Shown: one piece after another, positions 27,071 to 41,029 of the stretch | Layout of the letters: each line of letters begins with the position of its first letter | Numbering within the stretch: position 1 is the first letter of the stretch | Assembly: GCA_951406725.2 (NCBI GenBank) | Contig: OX597818.1 | Location: forward strand, 73,036,001 to 73,100,000 | Length of the DNA: 64,000 nucleotides | DNA from: Octopus vulgaris | Lineage: Eukaryota | Direction of reading: 5' to 3' | Notes under the pieces: model-generated | The model's database searches: none | Told to the model about the DNA's origin: nothing | The model's input: only the letters and a program-made list of their open reading frames with translations | Program-made: the position numbers and the translations under genes

Positions 27071-27605
27071 ACAGTTATAAGTCTTGGGTCAGCTTAACAC
27101 ATTAACAAATGTCTCTTTTAACGTTATAAACACACTCACAAGCACATATGCTCTCAGAGGTTAGTCTGGAGGTTTCGATGTTAATTTTTGTCAATTTTCA
27201 AGGGAAGTCGGGACTATTAACTTTTGAAGTTTTATTTGAACTGTCAGATGTTAGTTTATCTTTGGAAAAGCTATGCAGTTATTAATAAGAAGGTTGGAAA
27301 TTCATGCATGTAAGAGAGTTAAAGAAGGTCGAGTTGCGTCCCCTAGACCGTCTGTGGTTTGTGTTAAATGCACGTGGGGTCATTTCTGTGTCTGTTTTTG
27401 GTTTATTTTTCTTCAGGAAGGGGTTATCCGATGCGTTTTCTATGTTAAACTGAGTTTCGTAGTTATTAAAGAAATTGGCTTGTTTATCCCAGCGTTGTAA
27501 GGAGTTAGTTTCTTTATCCACGCAAGTTGTTTTCCATAGTTTAAAAACACTTTCCAAGCGGGGACCGTCCGCAAGTTTCTTTAATTCATATATATATATA
27601 TATAT

Positions 27606-27656
<51 letters not shown>

Positions 27657-28236
27657 CATGTATACGCAGGGGGAAGAGAGGGAGAAAGAGACAGAGAAAA
27701 TAATGGACAAAGGTGACTAGGAAATCATACACCGGACTATCAAATATTACGTTTTGAAAGTAAAACTTGCAAACATAAGAATACTTAAGTAGCGGAATGC
27801 AAGTGACACAATTTAGCTTGTTAATTGATGAGGTGCTGTAAGAGTAAACGTAAAGGCCGGAGTGGGGTGATCAACAATAAGTAATTAAGGATTTCCAGGT
27901 ATCATTCAAGTATGAATTAAAGTATAACGTATAAGTGAGACACGGTTAATTTCTATCTTGTGTCTGTTTCAGTCCATGCTGAAGAAACGTCTTGAAGAAA
28001 CTCAGTCGAATGAACCGATCCCACTTCTGTGTTGTAAGCCAGGTATATATTCCATCGATCTTTTAGCGAACTGCTAATCCATGGGTGCGTAAACACATCA
28101 AGAGCGGTTGTGAAGCAGTGTTGGAGGAAAAACGCAGACATAAAGACAGAGACACTCACACACACATTCACACACAGAATAACACACATACGGACATACA
28201 CATACAGACACAATCACACACATACAGACATATAGA

Positions 28237-28380
28237 ACGAGCTTCTTTCTGTTACCATCTTCCAAATCACATCATCAGGCTTTGGTCAACTCGACGATTA
28301 GAAGATGCAATGCAGTAGGACTGTAATCAGAACCATGTACCTGGGAGGAAACTTCTCACTACACAGACACCACTGCGCCT
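28237..28380 (-). mobile_element. tRNA-derived SINE 5' part, decayed
   Basis: Reverse complement homologous to 37318-37475. Confidence 0.6.
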
Positions 28381-29879
28381 ACCTGAAACCGGATTAGTAA
28401 AGGATGACGCAGCAGCGATGTGCGCAGTGATCTGCGACCCGACCACGCACACGCTGGTAAATCGGGGCGGGAGTGTTAACGAACAACTGAAGCAGATGTA
28501 TGCGATGGGTACCCACGACATGCTGTCGTTCCGTACGAGGTGCGGCACGTTTTCGAGACCTGAATTGCGACTACAAGCTTTTCAAACCTAATAATTTTGA
28601 TGTTCACTATCGGATGTAATCACTGCAGCTACTGTACTGGCACCAGACATACCCTGCAGTCGATCTTCGCAAACGGAATTGAAGAGTAATCCCGATCGCA
28701 CAGCCTGGACTGAGTCCCATGCCGTAATCCTTCATCACTACTACGGCGTGCTGGGAGTGGGTAATTTAATAACTTACAAAGTACAGGTTAAATATCTGTT
28801 TAGATCTAAGAGCCTTAAGTAGTAAGTACTCGAATATATATCACACAGACACAAACACACACATATAAAAATACTATTCTCAATGTTAATTTTTCTGTTT
28901 TTACCTAGGAGTGAATATCTTTGTAACGATAGCATTTTAGTCCGATAAAATAAAAGTTACATACAGTAATAATTAAACGATTAAAATTTCTAATTTATAC
29001 TCAGCTGAGACAATCACTAATTTATACTCAGCTTATGTGTAAAACATATTGAATGATTTTAAAACGTAAACAAGATACTTTAGGTTGACAGGATAAGAAA
29101 TACAGCTTCATTAATTCTAATTCTAATTGCTAATTGAACCTTACAACTTAACATATCCTATGAATAAACATCGCATGTCTCTTTTGTAGGAACGCATAAC
29201 ATTTTCTCGAATGTGGTGTTTATAAGTCTATGTAAAGATGTTTAACAGCCTCATTAATACTAAATCGAAATTGGAGCATGGCAAAAATGTATTTAGAAAT
29301 GCTAAGCAAGTTTATGTTGTTCATGACATTTTAAAACGTGAATTAAATCGACATTCCTTCTCATTGATCAGACATTCATATTTTATATATCGCTGGTTAT
29401 AATGCGCTTCTATCATTGATTGTACATTTCTCTTTCCTTTGGGCTTGAATTATTCCACTCTGTCAACTTCGCACCATCTAGAAAAATTTCTGAGTAACTT
29501 ATTCCTGCTTTTTAGACACCATTCGACAACTGCATATACCAAACTGTTGCTGTGCTCCTTGCAATATGTATGGCCTAGCAGAACTTGTACTTTCAGTTGT
29601 CAACGATTGCATCAACCACTCCGTTCTCAACTTACTTCATTTCGTACGTGCACTAGCAAAGATATTCCCGTCGCAGTTCCAGCTTCTTCGTAGTAGCTTA
29701 CGCCTCACTTCCGCCTTTGGGAGCAAGAAATGCGGTATTATTGAAGACAGTGTTACACAGGATCTCATCTAGCTCTAATTGAAGCAAACATTATTAACCG
29801 AGCACTTACTCCATGCTACATTGCAGCATTTTAACACCAATTAATAGGGGAATTATTTAACGACAGCGTATTAGCGATA

Positions 29880-30252
29880 GTTGGAGGGTGAAGAAGCTCG
29901 CTCTGCAACTACGTGGCTTCAGTTCAGTCCCATATTGCAGCACCTTGAGCAAGCGCCATCTACGAATCCCCCGGGTCAACCAATGTCTTATGAATGAACT
30001 TGGTGGATGGAAACTGTGTGGAAATCAGTCGTATATATGTATGTGTTTGTGTGTGTGTTTCTTTGCGTTTGCGGTGGTCGTAAACTATCGTTTGACAATA
30101 CATTTTGGTTTGCTTACGTTCCGCTAGTATAGCAGTTCAGCAAAAGAAATATCACAGAATAAGTACCAAACTTTACATTAAGCACTAGATTCGACAACAT
30201 TGTCTAAATACTTAAAGACAGCACCTCGGTAAGACCGGAGATCAACTACTGA

Positions 30253-30255
<3 letters not shown>
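29880..30255 (+). mobile_element. tRNA-derived SINE with internal microsatellite
   Basis: gttcagtccca...gcaccttgagcaag..., then agaataagtacca tail. Homologous to 37318-37730. Confidence 0.65.
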
Positions 30256-30332
<77 letters not shown>

Positions 30333-31541
30333 CTTATCTGATTAAACTATCTTTGAACTTAATATATCATCATCACCAATCTTACAGTTATATCACATTT
30401 ACTTACTAAAATTCCCATGTCTTCGTTACACACGAATTGCGTGTTATAAATTGAAATACAGAGAGAGCAACTGAGTACAAAAATTTCTATATAGGTCTGT
30501 TATATGCCAAACTTTAGAATACAACACAATAAACGCCATGTATCTACACTTTCATATATACAGCCAAATGCAAAAAGCCAAATAGAAATACGCATAGATA
30601 AATATAAACATAAACATACTCACATACCGATGCTTAATCATTTTGTGGGGAATTACATTGTGGAAATATGTGCTTCTCGCATATTTTTAATAAAAATCTT
30701 GTATTAAATTTCATGTGTGGTATATGAGAATATCCAATACTAGGATACATTTTCTAACATGCAATCTAGAGATATTGCTTTTCGACCATGTTATATACCG
30801 TCATTTCAATAAATACAATAAAAAAAAGTTCCACGTTTTCTTTCATTTCCTATTGTAGCTACTTTTATTTTGTTTATATTTATTTTCAGTTTCTTGTAAA
30901 TTTTTCTTGTTTTTATTTCCCCTCATCAAAAATATGTTTCGCAGTAAGTCAAAATGTACTATATCTATACAACAATACACGTTATGGGAAGAAAAATTTG
31001 CTAAAATACAGTATTTCATACTTTACGCATTAAATGTTCACTGTTTTCGTAAATTGAAAGAATGATATAGCTTTTTCGTTCACTCTAATGGGCAGCGATG
31101 ATATTCCTTCAATATTTCTGCAAACTGTACTACATCGTTTTGTCTAAGATATGTTAATAACTTGACAGATATTCAAAAATCTTCCTTTAAACTTAGCAAT
31201 GTTGTGTCAGCCGAGAATGTCGACCATCAAACAATTATTTCATCTCAGTCTATAATGTCCTGTCTAGAGCTGCTCAAACAATATATTTACAATATTTTTT
31301 CGTTGTGTCTGTAAGTGTGTATGAGAATGCATGCGTGGGCGTGCGTGTATGTACAACAATACATATATAAATACATACATACATGCATACATACATATAT
31401 ACAGATATACATACAATTATACAATTATACAATTATACATACATATATAATACGCGGTGTGCCAAAGCTGTTACAGTTACTTATTTCTCAGTCTCACTCA
31501 ACATCACTTACTCTCATTCACTCATTCAATCACACCCTCTG

Positions 31542-31578
<37 letters not shown>

Positions 31579-31673
31579 TACACATATATAAACACAGACA
31601 AGCTCAAATACAAAGAGAGAGACAGACACACGCACACATATATACACGTACGTATATATGCCTCTGTATGTAT

Positions 31674-31728
<55 letters not shown>

Positions 31729-32197
31729 CATATCTTTAGATATGTAGACATAAACACACATGGACACACACACATACACACGCAAATGTCTGTGTGTGTG
31801 CGTGTGTATCATACACATATAAACACCGGCTTACATCATACACTTATAAGCATAATTCATTTCTTGTGCAAAAAGAAAAGAACAAACACTACTAAATATA
31901 AATATATATAGCCAACACATGTCCTCAGGAATAGAAACGTATTCCATCTTTTTGTGTTCTTGTATGTGTGATGTAAGTTGCATAACCTTTAATCATGAAT
32001 ACCTTCCCCCCTTTGACACCAGTATTCTAGTAAATGTCATGTCGACGAGGTCATGGTGATCTTTGATGTATGTTCTACTTCTTATTAAATGTTCTGTGCA
32101 GCAAAATACCGTAGTTAGATACACGTTTAAAAAAGGTTACAATCTTCTGAAAAAAAGAAAACGCTGCCAACCTTCTCTCGCCCTCCGTATATATAAA

Positions 32198-32261
<64 letters not shown>

Positions 32262-32339
32262 CAGCTAAAACAATGCAAAGCGCATTGTGACCAGCGATGT
32301 GTAGCAACATCTGATAGCCTGGTCGGTCACGGTGATATA

Positions 32340-32381
<42 letters not shown>

Positions 32382-32661
32382 GATAGGTAGATAGATAGAT
32401 ATTTTCGTGTGTGTCTGTTTCTGTGTTTCAACAAAAATCCGATAGAATAAGTACCAGGCTTTAAAAATTCAGCTAAAAACAAGTACTGGGTTGGATTCAT
32501 TCATACAACTAAAATGTATTCAAAACGATATGCCCGCATGGCAGCTTACTGAAACATCAATAACTGAAGCAATTGAACGATTAAAGATGAAGGATATATA
32601 CGTTTGTGTATGTGCGTGTGTGTATGTGTGTGTGTGTATGAGTGTGTGTGTGTGTGTGTGT

Positions 32662-32698
<37 letters not shown>

Positions 32699-33259
32699 TT
32701 TGTCTATGTGTATAAATAACTTTCTAATGTATGCTTTTCTCGGATTTATGAACTATATATATATAATTCATAAATCCAAGAAAAGCCTACAGTAGAGAGT
32801 TTTGGGAAGCAGTAATACTTGGATATTTGTTTTATCTCACTCTTCTCACCCAACATCAAATCTGTGTGCGGGGAATTTTTCTGAAATTAATAAATCAGCA
32901 TTTGATCTAATCCCATACGTAAAGACATTTATTTATCTGACACAATTTAAGAGTCTCGTTTAGGTGTGCGTCCAGTATCAAAAATATTTTAGTTTAACGT
33001 TTTGAACCCCTGCACAGAGGCAGAATGCTCATGTAGGGTTAACAGTTAATGCCTAGTAAGGGGTCGATGTGTCGCTGCGTCCGTGGTCTATGAGGAAGAG
33101 GTGGTGTCTGTCAGTAGCATCTGCAACAGCAGTAATAACAGCAGCAACGACAACAGCAGTACCACTAACAACAGTAGCAGCAGCATCAATGTGTCCAACA
33201 TTAACAGCAACAACGGCAACGACAGTAGTACAAACAAAACAACAGAAGCACCAAGAACG

Positions 33260-33570
33260 TAGGGTTGCATGCATGGAATTATATTGGATCAACGGAGGGT
33301 TCCTTTAAGCTGCGAATAGATTTTAGGATCCAGATACGCGCAGCTTTACGTCATTGATCAACTACATATGGCGATCAGAACAAGAGGAAATGCAAAACAG
33401 GATTAAATTGAAGTCCTCTGGACCATACCTCAACGGAAGCAGAAGATGGAAATTTTGCTTGGCCGAGAAGGCAAGGATTCTAATGAAAAATACTTCATCA
33501 GAGAGATTTCATCGTTTCGTGCCATGCTTACTCGTTTCTCCCACAATAGAAAATTCATGTTAGAGACATA
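33260..33570 (+). mobile_element. Penelope-like GIY-YIG endonuclease fragment
   Basis: NYIGSTEGSFKLR, then TSLINYIW...GPYLNGSRRWKFCLAEKARIL. Confidence 0.7.
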
Positions 33571-34347
33571 GTTTTCTCCGCTTGCTGACTAGTGAATGGG
33601 AAACGTATTTAAACTGTTCCCTTTCGGATACAACTGGAACCCCGTCTTACCCATGAGCTGTTTTTGGCTTCGAATATTTTCGTTTCAGGTTCCCCTTTCA
33701 CTACCATTTTGATAAAGACTGGATTCTTAACCCTAAGAGTTTTGTGTCTCCCAATAGCAGGTCTGGCAAGTCGCCTATATTGCTAAGAGCAATAAGATAG
33801 GTGAAACAATTGGCAACTTTCTGAGCGCCATAACCAACAACTAGACACACACGCGCGTGCGCGCAGACACATTCACGCACACACTTATGCATACACACAT
33901 ACAAACATGTATATATTCATGTAGTCGTATAATGAAATTTAAGCCTCAAGTAGCTTCACAATTTACCGGCATTAACAACTTAAAGTGAATTAGTGTTTGT
34001 ACATTATAATTATATCTCCTGTTGAATGCGGATTTCAATGTCTTCAGAGAATATCCAGAACAGAAAATAAAACATGAGTTGTTGTTTATACGATGCTTAA
34101 TTACACCATCTTACAGACGTTTAATAGTACAAGGTGATTATTGGTTATGTAATGTAAAATTGCAAATTACATGAGCCACCCTTGCTGACAAATAGTCGGA
34201 TACATCTAATTATTAATCGTAAGATCGTTGGGGAGAAAGTATGAGAGTTGTAACAGATATCTAAAAGACGGATTGCAAGTGTCGCGTAAGTTAGAGTAAT
34301 TAAACATTATAATAAAAAATCCTCATTTTATGTTCCTCTCTCTCTCA

Positions 34348-34406
<59 letters not shown>

Positions 34407-34468
34407 CAAATTTAAATGTATATAAATATTTATATTTGTGTAAGTCCGTATGTGAGTAAGTATGTATG

Positions 34469-34499
<31 letters not shown>

Positions 34500-34735
34500 G
34501 TAAATGTATATATATATGCTAATATATATATATATATACTTATATGTGTGTGTGTCTGTGTGTCTCTCTGTATGTATATGTGTCTGTGTGTATGTATATA
34601 TATATATATACATATATATAATGAAAAATATATATATATACATATATATATATATGTATATATATATACATATATCATCAAAATGATGAGGATATAACCA
34701 TTAAGGAAGCAGACAAGGGAAGTGCAGTTGTAATA

Positions 34736-36626
34736 ATGGATACATCATACTACAGAAATCTTGTAATTTCCTTGCTTGATGACGACCTACATTATGAAAA
34801 AATTACCAACTACACCCCACAAAAAATAATGAAAACTCTATCTTCACTAATGAAAACCCATGAAAAGGAACTAACAACCAAAGAGATTGACTTCCTAACA
34901 AACTTTACATGCAAACCTAGCCTTTTCTATGGTCTGCCAAAAATTCATAAAAGTCAAATTATAAATGAAACCATTAAAAAATCACCAAAGACATACATAC
35001 ACACACCTAACCCGGGGGACCTAATACTACGACCCATTGTAGCTGGCCCAACCTGTGAAACACACAGACTAAGTCTACTTATGGACATCCTCCTGAAACC
35101 CTTCCTTAAACATATCGATAGCCATATCAGAGATGACTTAGATATGTTAAACCACCTTCCAAAAAATGCCAAGGAAGAAACAATCCTGGTTTCATTTGAT
35201 GTAGTTAACTTATATACCAGTATACCTCATAATGATGGACTGGAGGCAATACAGTTCTGGTTAGACCAATTTCCGGAAGAAATACCAAAAAGGATCAGTA
35301 AAGAATTCATTACTAAATCAATTGAATTCATCGTACACAATAACCACTTCATGTTTGACAATACATTTTACCGTCAAAAATCCGGAATTGCTATGGGTAC
35401 AAGGGCAGCACCAGTCATTGCGAACTTAACAATGGGATACATGGAAATAATCATTTACCAGGAATCTTTATCAATCTTTGGAAACCCCTTTCTCAATACA
35501 TAAAGAGAATTGGAAACGATTCTTAGACGATTGTTTTATTCTCTGGAATGAAAACACAGATAAACTCCTAAAATTTAAAAACCTATTGAACAGCATAAAC
35601 CCAAATATACAGTTCACAATGGAATACAACCAAAAGGAGCTCCCGTTCTTGGATATACTAATTAAAAAAATTAACCTTAATATAGAAACAGACATATTTT
35701 ACAAAGCCACAGACGCCAAACAATACCTTCTCTTTAATTCATGCCACCCAAGACACACTAAAACAAACATCCCCTTCAACCTTGCAAGAAGGATATGCAC
35801 AATAGTGTCAGAACAAAATACCAGGAACTTTAGACTGCAAGAACTCAAAAACACCCTAATTGACAGACATTACCCAGCTCAACTCATAGAGGATGGGATC
35901 AGACGTGCAACAGAAATCAACATAGAAACTTTAAGAAAAGTTCAACACAACAACACACCTTCCCCGAAAATACTACCTTACATATCTACATACAACCCCA
36001 GAAACAAAGAAGCCTTCACCATCATCACCCAGAATTTACCAATACTTCATAAAGACCCCAAATTAAAGGAAATTCTAAACATACACCAAATCATTAAAAG
36101 CTACAAACAGCCTAAATCACTTAAAAAGATTCTCACAAAGGCAAAATTGTCTTCTGAAATTACGGATGCAAAAGTAAAAAAATGTGGTAGATCGAACTGT
36201 GCAGCATGTCCTAACCTGCTAGAAGGATCAGAATTCCTCTTTAAAGAGGGACAGAAATTCAAGATCAAATCTAACCTTACTTGTGCCTCTGAAAACATAA
36301 TTTATGTCATAAAATGCTCGGGCTGCCACCAAGACTACGTGGGTTCCACGGGACTATCACTCAGACGTAGATGCACACTGCATCGACAACAGATTGCATT
36401 CCCAGAATATAGAATGATACCTTTTAGTGAGCACATTGAGAAATGCGCAAAGCAACTACTAGCACAATTTTTAATCTTTCCATTTTACCAATGTGCTTTC
36501 GGATCATCAACACAAATTAGACTAAACAAGGAAACATTCTTCATTGAAAAGTACAAGCCCAGACTCAACCATCTGAACATACTGATACACAGAAATTCAC
36601 ACCAAGGGAAAGGAAAAAAAAATTAA
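34736..36626 (+). pseudogene. RT-GIY-YIG ORF split by one frameshift near 35495
   Basis: ORFs 34736-35503 and 35478-36626 join into one Penelope protein with no other stops. Confidence 0.9.
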
Positions 36627-36735
36627 GCGACTATCTCCCTTACACCGGAAGAAATCACTCACTACCTTCCCTTATTTAGAACTCTCCTGAACATAAACAT
36701 AACGATAACTCTATTCAACATAAACATAACGTCAC

Positions 36736-36774
36736 AAGAAATTTGAAAAGCTACACGCGAAACCGGTCTTTCTT
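36736..36774 (+). ncRNA. Minimal type I hammerhead with U3-A8 core in the Penelope 3' region
   Basis: aagaaa-t-TTGAAAA-gc-tacac-gc-GAA-accggT-C-tttctt with palindromic ACCGGT loop III. Confidence 0.6.
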
Positions 36775-37009
36775 TTAAATTATGTCATTATAAGAGAAAA
36801 TTTTTTTTTTTTTATTTTCTAATATTCTTCAGACATATTGACGCAAATATATATATCTTTTAACATTTAAGCCTTCTGTAGTTTTTTCACTCTTTACTTT
36901 TTCTATATATTCACCCACGTGCTTTCACAAACCAACTTTCTTATCTACATATATATATATATAGATAGATATAAACATAGACATATATATAAATACATAC
37001 ATACATATA

Positions 37010-37225
37010 AAGTTCATCCAAATATAAAAACACAATAAGAAAACACAACAATGCGAGGACGTGGAACAAGCATAGTGTTATTGGACGCTCAGAAAAGGAA
37101 CGAAAGAAGGAGGATTTAACGTTTCAGGTGGAGCTCTTCGTCAAAAGTTTAGGAAAAGGAAAGATCCAAGGAAGGGAAGAGGGAGTAAAACAATCGCCAA
37201 CGATACACTCGCGGTCACACACTCA
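37010..37225 (-). mobile_element. Short Penelope-pLTR-like element with decayed hammerhead (37113-37148)
   Basis: Minus strand ttTTGACGA-a-gagc-tccacct-GAA-acgTT-aaa. Flanked by TA/CA microsatellites. Confidence 0.45.
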
Positions 37226-37263
37226 CACACACATATATATATACATACTCCTATATACATATA

Positions 37264-37314
<51 letters not shown>

Positions 37315-37317
37315 ATA

Positions 37318-37474
37318 GGACCGGCTCTGTGGTAAGTAGCTTGCTTACCGACCACATGATTCTGGGTTCAGTCCCACTGCTTGACAACCTCCGCTAGTGT
37401 CTTCTACTATAGCTTCGTGCCAACCAAAGCCTTGTGATTGGATTTTGTAGGCCGAAAATGAAAGAATCCCGTCG

Positions 37475-37568
<94 letters not shown>

Positions 37569-37730
37569 GTTTGTGTGTATATGTCCCCCCTAGCTTGACA
37601 ACCGATGTTGGTGCGCTTCCATCCCTTCAAGAGGGACCCATCGAATAAGTACTAGGATTACAAAGAATAAGTCCTGTTTTGGATTTGTCTGACTAAAGGC
37701 CTTGTTCCGGCATGGCCGCAGTCAAATGAG
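37318..37730 (+). mobile_element. tRNA-derived SINE with internal (TA)n
   Basis: tgtggtaagtagcttgc...gggttcagtcccactgc head, gaataagtactagg, gcatggccgcagtcaaatga tail. Confidence 0.75.
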
Positions 37731-37862
37731 TATATATAGACTGATATATTAAACTATGGTTGCAGAAGAAACAAATCCACGTAACATTTCATATCTCGAA
37801 CATTTAATCATATAATGCTTTTCCTTGTAGATCGATATATGTATATATATATAAATATATGC

Positions 37863-37929
<67 letters not shown>

Positions 37930-38150
37930 CATATATATAAATATATATATACACATTTATATATACGCATGTATTTATATGTATATATATATATATGTAA
38001 ATATATATATATATGTATATATATGTATATATATATATACATATATATAAATATATATATACACATCTATATATACGCATGTATTTATATGTATATATAT
38101 ATATATGTAAATATATATATATATATGTATATATATGTACATATATGTCT

Positions 38151-38225
<75 letters not shown>

Positions 38226-38739
38226 GTATTCCATACAGTCCTGACATTCATCCACCGAACCATCGAACTATTCAACGTAAGGTCTCTTAAAGATTGAATG
38301 AGACAAACATCCTTAGAATCCGGTTCCTGATGTCCAACCAGCCGACGAAATGATAATTCCTTATTGCACTGGAACGAAAATATATATAATAAACGCATGA
38401 TAATACCCCAGTTATGTTCTCGATGCTGATATTTTGTATTATGTAAATGTGATTGTGCGACCACCTCCATTTGTTATTCATTGGTTTTTAAGAGAACGAC
38501 AGCAAATACTTTATACGCAATTATGAACAAGCTTATTCACTATGCGTTATGAGAGTTCATTAGAAAAACTCATGGAAAGTAATTAATATTTGCATGTACT
38601 ATTAACTAAATGTGATTGTTTTGAATTAAGATGAAACAATTACTGTTGTACATCCAAGTTGTAAAAGGACTTGCTCATCTCATTCTTCATATCTGCATAT
38701 ATACTTCTCATCCCATAAATGATGTATTATTTATACGTC

Positions 38740-39660
38740 ATTTATTTTTCAAAATTAAGATAGACGAAGTTCTTTTTTAGTCTAAAATATATTCTCCTTC
38801 ATTTTCTACAATGCTCTCCCATCTACCTCATCAAAGCTCCACTTCCAAAATTCACGTGTCCGTGACTAAAAATACTCCTCCAGTACCTACCTGACCTCGT
38901 CTACAGAATTCATATTTTTTCCGCCCAAATGATTTTAAAAACTACGGAATAAAAGGTGATCAGATGGGACAGTGTCCGGTGAATATGTTGGGTAGGGCAT
39001 TGTTGCCCATTCAAACTGCTCCAGCCTTTTGAATGTCATCCTCGCTGTATGTGGCCGAGCATCATACTGATGGAAGAAGACCTTTAGTCTTGAAACCAAG
39101 GATGGTCGTTTTTCTTCTAGTGCTGACTTAAACCATTAAAGCTACTCGCAGTAGATCTACTTTGTTATTGTTTGGTTTGGGTTCAAAAGTTGAAAGTGGA
39201 CTAAACCATTCGTATCCTACCAGATAACAACACCGTACGTGGGTAAAGGCCTTTTTAGCCTTGAGTGCTCGTGTTTCTCCTTCTCCTACCCACTGTTTTT
39301 GGTGCTAGACATTTTTTTAGAGAACCTATTTCTCGTCACCAGTCACTATTGTGTCTTAAAATGGTTTATTTGTGAGATATGACTGTAAAGAATAGCACAC
39401 ATCCACTCTCTGCGTGTGATTAGACTCGGAAAGTTTGTGAGGAACACATCGATCCAATTAGCTGTCTTTTCTTATGGCACGAAGGTATCGATGAATGGTT
39501 GAATGACCAAATCCAACCTTCTGTGACAGTTCTTCAACAGTTACGATGGGATTTTGTTCCATCAGCATTTGCACAACGTCCTCGCCGAGCTCTACATATC
39601 CTTCAAGACGAGGCTCGTCTTATATGCTGTAATTCCCGGCTTGCATTTGTCGTGCGATCC
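38740..39660 (-). mobile_element. mariner transposase remnant
   Basis: Minus strand IVTGDE (about 39330) and MPYPTYSPDTVPSDHLLFRS (about 38945-39003, the YSPDLAPSD motif). Confidence 0.8.
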
Positions 39661-40069
39661 GTTATGTAATAAAATGAATTTAATTAACCTGTAGTAAGAG
39701 TTCAAATAAACTAGCCCCGAAAAGGTCTTTAATATGTTCCTAGAGTATATAGAACATAGGAAGAAATACTAATAAGTTATGTATACTAAAATCTTGATAC
39801 ATGTTATGTAATAACAGGCTAGTCAGATATGAGATAATAACAGTTCAAAGTAATTATCTGTGAAAAAAAGCTTTTGTGCATTCCCAGAGAATATTACCCC
39901 CAGCAGCGATAGTGTTGGTATATTCATGAATAAATCGCTAACCGAAATAAGTGGATCTATTGTTTAGGAGAATACTTTTAACTTTCTTAAGCTTTGTACT
40001 GGATAAATTGAGAAAATAACTAAAATAGTTCAAATACTAAGAAATAAGTATATTCCATTTCCTTTTTAC

Positions 40070-40389
40070 CAAATAATTTACGAAGGAAGGAATGGATTAG
40101 TTCACTTGGAAGCTTAAAAACACTAATTTACGAAGGAGGGAATGGGTTACTTCCCTTGAGAGCTTAAAATAATTACGGCGCCGTTCAGCCGCGCTGAAAT
40201 GTTATTCCTCCCACCGTTTACCTGAACATTTTTCGAAAGATATTTATACTTAAAACCTCCCCAGACACATAAGCAATGTGCATGCGAAGTTTAAGAAAAA
40301 TCGGTGGCGCCGTTTTGGCGCAAAATGAGAACATACTGATACACACACACACACATCAACACACACAGAAGCATTTTCAATTTAAAAGA
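40070..40389 (-). mobile_element. Non-autonomous Helitron 5' part
   Basis: Minus strand a|tcttttaaattgaaaatg, (GT)n, ccgatttttcttaaacttcg: same architecture as 10175. About 50-bp tandem repeat at 40075-40170. Confidence 0.5.
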
Positions 40390-41029
40390 TGTTTATTTAC
40401 TTTACCGGTTTCACTCTTTGGAAAAAGATTGTCAAAAGTAACATGTGGAAGTTTGGTTGCGTTAATTATTGGTTGTTGCAAATTGCTACATTACATATAT
40501 ACAGTCTTTGGTAACAGGGACATGTTAAGGACATAAAAAAGTTCAACAAGTTCCTTAAAATATTGGGCACAAAAAATTACATAAATAATCGTTCTCAAGG
40601 ACATACTTAAGATAGTTTCCAGAAGGAATTGATATTGGTATTGTATCTGTATATTCAAACATGCACAGAATATTGGTTGACACAGAGTACTATAATCCAT
40701 ATAAATATACATCCTTTGGTGACAACAGTATGTTGAGAATATAAAGAAGTTTAACAAGCTCATTGAAATAATGGGCAGAAAAGATTAAAACAAATATAGT
40801 ATACATCTCAAGGTAATTTCCAGGAGGAATTATTAAAAAAAGTTCAGTATACAGACACGGAATATTATGAGTTCAAAAAGATTTACTTTATAATAGTGGT
40901 GAAGCTAGAACTGAGCTGTCCGTTTTAGGAGAAATGTGGACCTGAAAAGAATGTACCCTTTTTTTCTTTTTTTTTCTTTTTTGGCTCTCCTTCAAGCATC
41001 AATGAATTTGGGGTCAGGATGAGGTGAGT

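Larger units (their letters stand above)
34681..36945 (+). mobile_element. Penelope-like retroelement (Neptune-like Cys-rich linker), 5'-truncated, embedded in (TA)n
   Basis: [95 protein letters not shown]. Confidence 0.95.

Noticed and set aside
27282-27590. About 100-aa non-repetitive minus-strand ORF, possibly a Penelope N-terminus
   Set aside because: No diagnostic motif, so it cannot be assigned without a search.
36170-36626. Selenocysteine-type (Naiad-like) recoding in the Penelope Cys motifs
   Set aside because: No in-frame TGA in the linker or endonuclease. The cysteines use TGT/TGC.
40533-40880. Diverged tandem duplication of about 208 bp
   Set aside because: Old local duplication with no coding or structural signal.
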